Shown here in pieces: positions 53,729-64,000 of a stretch of 64,000 nt of DNA. The DNA is from Octopus sinensis (Eukaryota), in the NCBI RefSeq assembly GCF_006345805.1, contig NC_043005.1, positions 23,746,001 through 23,810,000 of the forward strand, written 5' to 3'. The stretch's first letter is position 1. The number at the start of each line of letters is the position of its first letter. A program made the translations under genes and the position numbers. The notes beneath the pieces were generated by a model, which had not been told where the DNA came from, made no database searches, and saw only the letters and a program-made list of their open reading frames with translations.

Positions 53729-54371
53729 CTGATGCTTTTAGCCCCAGGCGATCAACGTCATCAGATGGACTTTAGACACAAAATTTCAGTGCCCTTGTGT
53801 TATTTGCAATGGGAGGGGGAGGATGACCTCCCTTTGCAAATAACACAAGGGCACTGAAATTTTGTGTCTAAAGTCCATCTGGTGACGTTGATCGCCTGGG
53901 GCTAAAAGCATCAGTGACACCCCACCCCCAGTGGCTAGCCACATTCAGATGGCTAGTACACCTTACATTGTCGAGCGGTTACTGTTTATATCTCGTTCAG
54001 AGATTTATTAATGCTTTCAGACAGTTTTTCTAAATCAGTGACAGTAGTTGCTGTGAAAAACGTTAAATATTATTATTTGCAGGGGGTCTCCTTCATCGAA
54101 AACCGGTGTTTACCATGCGTTGACGAGAGGCAATTACCTTGAAACTATAGTCCGTATGTAGCACTTAGGTTTTCGAGGGAGGATGACCTCCCTTTGCAAA
54201 TAACACAAGGGCACTGAAATTTTGTGTCTAAAGTCCATCTGGTGACGTTGATCGCCTGGGGCTAAAAGCATCAGTGACACCCCACCCCCAGTGGCTAGCC
54301 ACATTCAGATGGCTAGTACACCTTACGTTGTCGAGCGGTTACTGTTTATATCTCGTTCAGAGATTTATTAA
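53729..54371 (+). mobile_element. Retrozyme-like / non-autonomous Penelope-like element: 360-bp unit x1.54 plus an inverted arm
   Basis: Direct repeat 53817-54011 = 54177-54371 (1 mismatch, offset 360). Inverted arm 53729-53816 pairs with 53827-53914. Hammerhead at 54114-54158. Confidence 0.6.
54114..54158 (+). ncRNA. Minimal type I hammerhead ribozyme (two C-to-T departures from consensus)
   Basis: Stem I CATGCG/CGTATG, core TTGACGA, stem II GAGG/CCTT, GAAA, palindromic stem III ACTATAGT, GTC triplet at 54150-54152. Confidence 0.65.
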
Positions 54372-54904
54372 AAATAAAAACGCCTTTTCTAAATAATAGA
54401 TAAAATAATATATCACCTGTTGTCTCCAAAGAACGAAATGTGGAGAAAATCCGTTTGAAGATTTGTTAACACTAACAACAATTAATTTCGAAAGCAATAT
54501 GATGGTAGCAGGAAAGATGTGCATCTATGCGGTCTTTCGAATTGCTTGAAATAACAACTAAATATCCATGAAATTATTTCCTAACCTTCTTATTACAAGA
54601 GAATAGAAGGGCATATATTCCAGTGACACTATCTTTTTATGGTCTCCATTGGAATGTCTTTAATGTTTAGTGTGTTGAATCAAGGATAATCTGTTGTCTA
54701 ACAAAAACATAAGATGACCGGAATAACTCTTGACATTATCACATAGTCACATGACTACCAATAGAACTATCAACACCATCAATAGCGAGTCTGTATGTGG
54801 TCGCACGACCTGTTAGAAATAGCAAGCAAATTTCTTCATATACCATGTCGTCTTTAAAAAACTAGAATTATTTAATCACACATCAACTCAATCAGGGCCA
54901 CCCA

Positions 54905-55120
54905 GGGACTAAATAACAGCGGCAGTCCTACCATCAGCACCAATACCGGCGGGACTGGGAGTACAATTGGCACCAACGTCAGCACCACCATCAGAATCTC
55001 CACCAACAACACCATCACCACCACTGCCAACAACAATAACAATCAGTTCTATCAGCATCATCATCATCACCACTGCCAGCAGCAGCAGCAGCAGCAACAC
55101 CACAACGACGACGACGACGA

Positions 55121-55151
<31 letters not shown>

Positions 55152-55380
55152 CACCACCACTACCACCACCACCATCGACGACACCATCGTCGACACCATC
55201 GCTACCACCATCACCACTAACATCAAGACGACGGCGACGACGACCATGGTGACGACGACGCGACGACCACCACCATTGCAATGGCGACCGTCATCGCCAC
55301 CACCACCGCCACCACATCACCACGATCCTCACAAGTACTACCGAAACAACAACCACCACCATCATCAGCCGCAGCAGTAC
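54905..55380. repeat. Compound (ACC)/(ACG)/(AGC)/(ATC) trinucleotide low-complexity region
   Basis: Direct reading. Confidence 0.85.
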
Positions 55381-56371
55381 CAACTCCTGGTGGTTAGGGA
55401 GTTCAGTTCACGACAATAAGATCATTGGTTCGATTTCCGGAGCGAAAGGGGGCGTTGTGTCTTGAACCAAGGCATTTCAGTTTACGTTGTTCCACTCTGC
55501 CAGGCCGAAACGAATACCAGCTGAGTGCTAATGCAGCTCTTTCACCCTCCAGCTGTCACATCTTGAATGTTCCGATGTGGTGAGAGTGTCAAGAAGGGAG
55601 AGGTTCTCTTCGCGGCCACAAGGTCCTGGATTCGATCCCGAAGTCATTTTCTATAACACTGGGTTAACCAACACATTGTGAATGAAATTAGGTAAACACA
55701 GTGTACAGGAGATTATTTTTGGTGGATTGTCCTACTCTCGACTACATAGGCACAAAGAATCAGGTAGGGAGGGCACGAAACACACTGGCAGCTCATACTC
55801 GCTTATGAGAGTGACCGTTCTGAAAGTGTCGCTTACAGGGATTTTGTCGTCATTTCTAGCAAATCGATTGACTAGACGTTGCCTAGTAAACACGTAGGCA
55901 TCATGAGTGAAGTAATCTTTCGGTAACCGAAATCCCAAACCAAATTGCAGGCTCAACTCAACGGATTATTATTGTCTTGTTGTTAAATGATGTCTTTTAT
56001 TGCATTTCGTTCCACTTATTTACATTGATCTGATTTCGTATCTTGGTTTAAAAATAATTTTTTAAATAATTTATACGAAAAGGAATCGAAATACATTTGC
56101 TTCCATTTTGTTTTAAGATCATCGTATATTTACGACGTCTCTCTAGACCATTCCTAGTCAATCGATTCTTATATAGCGTATATTTTTTGCCCCCATCTTC
56201 TGCCACAGCATTTCCATAATCGATTACGCGATATTCAGTAATCAATAATGTGTTTTTGTTTATGTTCTTCGACCCCATATTTCAACTGTCGTAATAAATT
56301 CACGACCTAGGAATCAATAATTGGATAATAAAGCCAGAACTATTTGAACTATTAACGGACAACCCTGACGT

Positions 56372-56504
<133 letters not shown>

Positions 56505-57624
56505 TTGTATGTATATGTATACTCATATATAATTATGCATTGTGTGTGAAGACAAAATTAATTTTAATAGTAGACATATATATTGTGTGCGCATGTATCT
56601 CTCTCTCTCTCTCTCTCTCTGTATATATATATACATGCACAAATACTAGACGTAATAAAGTAGACACGAAACCTTGAAGAATAAACAAAATGCGCATAGA
56701 ATGTATTATTACATGAATTAAATACATACCGAGCTTATAATAGATAAAACCATTATCAAAATCCACACAAAACAGAAGATAAAACGCATGCCAACAGCCA
56801 TTCACTACCACTAATAATGCACCAAAACAATTTAATAAAATGAAACCCGTCGCTAATAAAAATTATATTTCTATAAATCCAACAAGGAGCTAACAATAAC
56901 TATAGTGATTTGAAATTTCATTAAGAAAGGAAATTGACTCCACGAATCCTGTCTACAGTGTTCTTACGCCCTGGAGCAAAAGGAATATAATATCTGTAAT
57001 AATAAATCCAGGTAGGAAAGCATTCGTAAATTACACAACTACAGAACTCTATGCACAGGATGTAGAATCTGTGCAGAGAGGCGTCTGTATCATGAACAAA
57101 ATGTTTCTACGCGTTTGTCTTCTCCAGGAAATAATTCATATCAAAGATTCTCTTGGTAGAAACGTTATTTGCGAACGATGGGACTTATCTTGTATTCGCA
57201 GCACTCTCATTTCACGTAATACGTATGCACAAGAGAATGTTGTTTGTGTTGTTCCTGTGTAAGTTTACAAAAACGAATTACTTGATCTTTTTTTTTCTGT
57301 CACCGTGTTTCTGTTTTGTAAAATTAGCTTTTCAGTGTCTAAAAGGAGCGTATTTGCGCTCCCATCATTGTGACGCATATCTCTTCCTGCTCCTTCACAA
57401 GAAGTTATGTGTAAATATGAGTGAGTGAATTATTTACAAAATTGAAATAAAAATTTCCTGAAACACACCTTACTTCGTCCACTTCAAATTAAGAAGGGTG
57501 ACACGCGAATGTTTCAAAGCATTCCTTTGGCAAAACAACCTCCACACGATGCCATTTTAAATGGAAACACAGTAATACTCAAATACCAGAACTGAAGTGA
57601 ATATACTTACTCAAGCCACATGCC

Positions 57625-57690
<66 letters not shown>

Positions 57691-57754
57691 TAATAATAAT
57701 AATAATGATAATAATAATACAGTTCTATATTTAAGAGATGAGAAATTATGTACA

Positions 57755-58040
57755 TTGTTTAAATTATTTACATTATTTACATTAAACGGATATTTGTCCT
57801 CATCTAGTTTGTTGTTAACGTTATTTTTTCGGCTGATATACCCTCCAGCCTTTATCAGGTATCTTGGGAAAATTTCGAACCTGGGTTCTCCTTAGGAATG
57901 AGAACCTTAGGAATGGGAACCCAGGTTCGAAATTTCCCCAAGACACCTGAAGAAGGCTGGAGAGTATATCACCCGAAACATTGTGTTAACAACAAGCAAG
58001 ATGAGGACAAATATCTGTCGAATGTAAATAATGTAAATAA
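57755..58040. repeat. Fold-back of a pLTR-like sequence within (TAA)n, with a hammerhead-like motif in each arm
   Basis: ~57755-57890 is inverted relative to ~57915-58040. Right arm: GACAC-CTGAAGA-A-GGCTG..CACCC-GAAA-CAT-T-GTGTT. Left arm (minus strand): CTGATAA-A-GGCTG..CAGCC-GAAA. Confidence 0.75.
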
Positions 58041-58049
58041 TAATAATAA

Positions 58050-58417
<368 letters not shown>

Positions 58418-58459
58418 ATAATAATGATAATAATGATGATAATAATAATAATAATAATA

Positions 58460-58527
<68 letters not shown>

Positions 58528-58528
<1 letters not shown>

Positions 58529-58650
58529 GTAGGTGCATTAGGCATGATAAAAAAATATTCATCTACTGTAGCCCAGGCTACGTCAACATTTAAGCAATCC
58601 AGAACAGCTTACTACAGAGAGTGTTGATAATCACATGACTGCTTCCCTAC
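58528..58650 (+). mobile_element. Short R4/Dong-like fragment after (TAA)n
   Basis: The VGALGMIKK peptide resembles the VIGALGMI segment of the 60661-61722 copy. Confidence 0.5.
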
Positions 58651-59595
58651 AGTACCTACGAGCTCATAGTTTAGTACACAATGTCCCAACCTTTTCTGCC
58701 TTGAGGCATCCTTGCCAAGCCTTTCAGAAATCTACGGCACCCCTGTTAGAGAATCTAATATGGCAGTTATCTTTTTGATTCAACATCAATATAACAAAAC
58801 TATGTCTCTGGGAAATAACATCTGTGTAAGAAAACTATGTCCTCGGAATTGATAATAAACAATTTTCTTTATTTCACCATTGTTGATATAATAAACATAA
58901 AATAAATCATAATACATGAATGTAATAAACAGCAATACAAAATATATAAGATGACGATAATATATATTGTTAAAATACTATCAAAATGTGCTTTTGACTC
59001 TAAATGATCAACCATGATACCACATACGTATGTATACTTCGCAGCACTTGTCGGTTTATTTCGCGGTCCTCTAGGGTGCTGTGGCACACCACTTCAGAAT
59101 AATATTAATATTAACAAGTCAAATAATAGTTTTATGACATTTGCAGATGTTCCCAACTCTACACAAAAGTCAATTATTAAAACTGCAATAAAACGATGTT
59201 GGCACTTTAAATGATTCAGAAATTGCAGAACATTTATTAACACTTTTCCTGCAATTTATATGAAATTGTATATCCATTCCACAGAGTGGGTATAAATTTT
59301 ATTATTCGTGATGTTATTCTTAGCGACGAAATTCTCAATAATATCAACTTCTACAATGGATGTTCTTTGTGCGACAAAATCTTATGTTTCTACACGAAAG
59401 TATAGCGTCTAATTGAACTGTATTTTAATTACTCATCCGATTTTATGTAAACCCACGATTTTATGCGACCTGTCTTTGTAGTGTGTCTTTCAAGTGATGC
59501 CCACGTGACAAATAAAAGAAATCCTCTTCCTAATCATTAATCATCATCATCATCATCATCATCGTCGTCGTCATAATTGTTGTTGTTGTTGTTGT

Positions 59596-59805
59596 AATGT
59601 AGTGAGCTGACAAGATCATTAGCACGCGGGAAGAAATGACTAGCGGTATTTTGTCCGTTTTTACTTTCTGCATTCAAATGCCGTCATGTCAGCTTAGCTT
59701 TTCATCTTTTCGAGGTCGATAAAATAGGTACCAGTTGAGAATTGGGATCGATAGAATCGACTAATACCTTTCCCAAAATTTCAGTCCTTCTGCCTATAGT
59801 AGAAA
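59596..59805 (+). mobile_element. SINE family X, tail B, ending in (ATT)n
   Basis: Diverged tRNA-like head, family X core and GCCTATAGTAGAAATTATTATT tail. Confidence 0.75.
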
Positions 59806-59807
59806 TT

Positions 59808-59839
<32 letters not shown>

Positions 59840-60564
59840 CGAGTGAGAGAGCAGTGCATGACATCAAAGTGACAATGGGGTAAAATATACGAAGCCCAGA
59901 ATACCCATCATGACTACCCGTCTGATAAGGGTACACTAGGCACATGCATCACAACCATATGTGCGCGACATGGTGATCTCATATCAAGATAAACTGCACA
60001 TGACCTTGCAGATGGAGCCCAGTTAGAATTTACTTCAGATCGAGTATCCCATCCCGCTCAAAAGGGCCCTGAATAAGGATTGTTTAAGGCTGTTGAACGA
60101 AACACCCACGTTTCCAGAGGTGAATTATTCAAACCCCCAAAGAATTCCTTTCAACATACGACTATGATGCTCCCCCAATACTTCTGCTTGTGATCAGAGA
60201 TGCACATATCGTCAGCCTCTAAGGGACATGCTCAACTGGTTAAGATCAAACAAGTGACAAGCAAATCTGTGATATTGAACAGAATATTTGCTGCAGCCCA
60301 TCTTTCATACCAAGTCAAAACAATGTACATGATAAAACTTCCAATCAGTTAAGATCAGAAGCCACGAGAGCCACATTATTATTATTATTATTACTATATG
60401 CCCTGATGCAGTACCAGGCAGTGGCTCTCATGGCTTCTGATCTTAACTGATTGGAAGTGTTATCATGTACATTGTTTTGTCTTGGTATAAAAGATGGGCT
60501 ACAGCAAATATTCTGCTCAATACCACAGATTTGCTTGTCAGTTGTTTGACCGTAACCAGTTGAG

Positions 60565-60567
<3 letters not shown>
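59840..60567. repeat. Unclassified repeat with a 147-bp inverted duplication across a (TTA)n spacer
   Basis: 60228-60374 is the reverse complement of 60421-60567 with a few mismatches. Confidence 0.8.
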
Positions 60568-60644
<77 letters not shown>

Positions 60645-60660
60645 TATTATTATTATTATT

Positions 60661-61722
60661 CTATGTTTGACTTTTGCTTTATATTTGTACAAGTTGGCTC
60701 CAAGTCTCACCTAGAGACCTCAAGAGACAACAGGTTGGAAGTTCACGTTGTTGTTATGCCTAGTGTGCCATATATTTGGTTTATTTTTGGTGTTGTACTA
60801 GTGAATGTCTAATAAAAAAAAATGTTTGTTTTAAACCTTGAGATTACATAGAGAGTATTTTGCGTAGGATATGAGCAGTTCCCATGAGCACTATCTTTTG
60901 AATTTCTGCTATTTTGGGTTTTCCTGGTATCTGAGTTAGGTAGCAATCAGCCCCTTTCGCTATCATTCCCAGGGCACCTATGACAACAGGTATTGTTTTA
61001 GTGTTCAGGTTCCACATTTTGCTGATTTCTATTTCAAGATCTTTATATTTGCCCAGTTTATATCGATTGGGACAGTCATATCAATGAGGAGGCATGTTCT
61101 AACCCAGTTAGAAGTCTTTCAATATGATGTCTGGCCTATTTGCATCTATCTTTCTGTCAGTTTGAATGGTGAAGTTCCAGAGGAGTGAGATGTGGTAATT
61201 TTCAAACACCGGAGGTGGGTTGTGTTCCCACCAGTTTGTTTTCATGGGGCAAATCCAGGTTTTTGCAAATTACCCAGTGAATATATTATGCAGCTCTATC
61301 ATGCCTGTTGAGGTACTCTGTAGGCGCTAGAAGACTGCACTTGGAGACAACATGACCAATGGTTTCATTTTGTTGTTGACATGCACGACATGTTGGGCTA
61401 CTGCCGTTCTTTAATATGTTGGCCTGGTAGTTTCTTGTTGGTAGGCATTGATCTTGAGCTGCTATGATAAACCCCTCTGTTTCAGATTTTAAGCCAGAGG
61501 CCATTAGCCATTGATGGGTCAGTGCTTTGTCAACATCTGCATTATTCGCTCTCTTTGGGTATTTGCCATAGAGAGGTTTTTCTTGCCATTTATCATTCAG
61601 AATATCTAAGGCCGCAGTTTTAGCACGGGTTTTCATGCGCCTAGCTTTTTCTGTGCTTGTTTCTTGTATGTCTATCTCTAATTCCGAAATTAGAGGAAAG
61701 GATACGTTGTCGTACATTAGTT
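60661..61722 (-). mobile_element. 5'-truncated R4/Dong-like LINE ending in (TAA)n
   Basis: ORF 61286-61717: LKSETEGFIIAAQDQ..CRAC..TIGHVVSKC..EYLNRHD. REL motifs NRPDI and LIDMTV lie downstream. The 3' end abuts a long TAA run on the minus strand. Confidence 0.82.
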
Positions 61723-62380
61723 GTAGATATTAAAGATTTTTTTTTTGTATCTTAAGCTGACCGTTTGTGTGTTCGATAGCTGTAGGTATGAAAGTTTCCT
61801 AACTTATTTTATTTTGAGGGAGATTTAAAATATTTACAGGGAGTTGTAGATATTCCACTCTTTGGGAACAGTAGGAGGAAGAGCGGGTTCACCCTGTTGG
61901 GTTTTTGGATTTCTGAATTTCTTTTTGTTTTGGAATTTTTCTTTTATTTAAAAAAGTTTTGCTGTGGTTTACAGTTTTTGTAATTGTGCAGTATGTATAT
62001 ATTAGCAGGTGCCTACTTCCATAATTTTTATCGTGCATTTAATTGTGTTGTTACAATAAAAGGCAATTTTACATAGAGATATATCATTGGAGATATTTAT
62101 GTTTCTAAATTTTTTTTGTTAGGTGTTCGTTTGTATGTCCAAAGCTGTAGATATGTAAGTTCCTTAACTTATTTTGAGGGAAATTCAAATTACTCACAGA
62201 AAACAGTAGATCTTCCAGTTTTTTACAGTTGTTTTTTCAGTTGTCCTACTGGGTTAGCTGCTGACAGGTTAGAGCAGCGAAAAACACGTCCAGCCTCTGT
62301 CACGTCCAGCCTTCTTCTTCTTCTTCTTCTCTTCTTCTTCTTCTTCTTCTTCTTCTTCTTCTTCTTCTTCTTCTTCTTCT

Positions 62381-62538
62381 CCATCGCTACGTTCTGAGTT
62401 CAAATTCCGCCGAGGTCGACTTTGTCTTTCATCCTTTCGGGATCGATTAAATAAGTACCAGTTACACACTGGGGTTGATGTAATCGACTTAATCCCTTTC
62501 ACCGCCAAATTTGAAGCCTTGTGCTTCCAGTAGAAAGG
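62381..62538 (+). mobile_element. 5'-truncated SINE family X, tail B, with (ATT)n tail
   Basis: B-box GAGTTCAAATTCC, core and GTAGAAAGG(ATT)n. Preceded by (CTT)n. Confidence 0.82.
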
Positions 62539-62606
<68 letters not shown>

Positions 62607-62708
62607 CCGTCGCTACGTTCTGAGTTCAAATTCCGTCGAGGTCGATATTTCGATGCAATCGACTAGTTCCGTCCCCTACATTTGAGGCCGTGTGCCCATA
62701 GTAAAAAG
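62607..62708 (+). mobile_element. Second truncated, internally deleted SINE family X copy
   Basis: Same start as 62381, core partly missing, AGTAAAAGG(ATT)n tail. Confidence 0.7.
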
Positions 62709-62709
62709 G

Positions 62710-62765
<56 letters not shown>

Positions 62766-62827
62766 GTTTTTTCTTCATTCTTCAAATTTTCTTCCGTTTC
62801 TCGCCGAGTGTTTTCCATACACATAGG

Positions 62828-62877
<50 letters not shown>

Positions 62878-63830
62878 GATTTGACTGAGGTTCGTTCTTA
62901 TTCCTGGTAGAACTTATATAGGTAGCAGGTTACTACCTGTAACCTTAGGTATCCTCAATCTTCCAATAGTTCTTAAGATCTTCCAGATAATCTCCTTTTG
63001 CCCTAAGAGGCAAACTTTCTGCATAAGTTCTATAGGGCATTCTGTTCCAGTCTCCTAGAACCATTTGTTTATATTTTTTACAGAACCTAACGGTCCAATT
63101 ATTATAGGCACAACTTTTACAATTTTCATATTCCAAATTCTTGCAATTTAAAATTTTAAGGGATGGTAATTTTTTTGTTTTTCATCTTCTTTCTTCCCGA
63201 TGCTGGAATCAAACGGACATGATGGATCAATTAGTAGCCAACTTAGCTTTTCCTTGTCTATTATTGCCATGGTTGGTCTATCAGTTTATAAGCTTCTTGT
63301 CCGTTTGAAAAAGAATGTCCCACAGAATCTTACATTTCTCCAACTCCAGCACTCTTCTCACCCGATCTTCATATCATTTGTCTCCAGCTTCAAATCCTCA
63401 TTTCTGACAAAGCTTCCAGTGTAAAACTTTTACTACTTGGTCATGCCTCTATTTCTTATATTCTTTCTGTCCCAACTTGGGACATTCTGCAACAATGTGT
63501 TCCACTGTCGCGTTACAAGTTTCACAAATTCTACATTTTTCTGTCACATTCTCCCCATATACATTTTCCCTCAAGCTGTTTGTTTTTATTGCTTGATCCT
63601 GGGCTGCTACAATTAAGCAATCTGTTTTTTTTTGTTCACCTCTCTTTCCCATTCCCTTTTTTCCTTTTGCATGTTTGACCTCGATTCTGGTCTTGATCAT
63701 GGTTTGATGACGACCTGCCGGAGCTTGATCAGATACTCTTTGCCTGCCGTGCACGACACTTTCACTATTAATAGTTCCGGTCCCGTTAGCGCAGTTGTGA
63801 TTATTTGGTTTTGACATCACTCATTTAGAG
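62878..63830 (-). mobile_element. Degraded R4/Dong-like LINE 3' part ending in (TAA)n
   Basis: ORF 63449-63820: LIVAAQDQAIKTN..CRICETCNATVEHIVAEC..QKEYKK, then a decayed KILWD segment. The 3' end abuts (TTA)n at 62830-62877. Confidence 0.72.
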
Positions 63831-64000
63831 GGAGAAGTTGTAAGGTTGTGCAAACACCAGTATTTTTATCGAGACACCATCACAAGTTGTGTTGCTAACC
63901 AAAGCTCAGAGAGTTCACATCTATCCTCGTATAAACTGTTTTCAGTTTCTACATCATTTCCTACATCATTCATACTGTTGTCAGATACCTTGTATTCGAC

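Noticed and set aside
54967-55419. Thr/Ser-rich mucin-like ORF
   Set aside because: It is made of mixed trinucleotide repeats that are open in several frames on both strands, with no signal peptide or convincing splice context.
61757-62216. Two diverged ~100-bp direct repeats (~61757-61856, ~62125-62216)
   Set aside because: Too diverged and AT-rich to assign by eye, with no TSD, ORF or structure to support a call.

Overview
AT-rich, microsatellite-saturated metazoan genomic DNA. The SINE families and repeat density look like an octopod cephalopod, but that is recall-based inference and was not verified. I cannot support any host protein-coding gene, tRNA/rRNA gene or CRISPR array; the window is almost entirely retroelements and simple repeats. 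Main content: (1) a frameshifted CR1/L2-group LINE inside a (TA)n tract (744-3694); (2) a ~22 kb same-strand cluster (17351-39691) of eight pieces of Tx1-like LINEs, whose seven 3' ends all join (TATC)n in the same register; (3) several R4/Dong-like REL-type LINE remnants, the best-preserved ending in (TAA)n; (4) many tRNA-derived SINEs, one form sharing its last ~45 nt with the Tx1-like LINE; (5) minimal hammerhead-ribozyme motifs of the Penelope/retrozyme type, the clearest inside a 360-bp unit present as 1.54 tandem copies plus an inverted arm (53729-54371); (6) several fold-back palindromes, a 1.3 kb tandem duplication and a ~6 kb inverted-arm structure. All LINE ORFs are broken. Classifications come from peptide motifs and base-pairing read by eye, not from searches.
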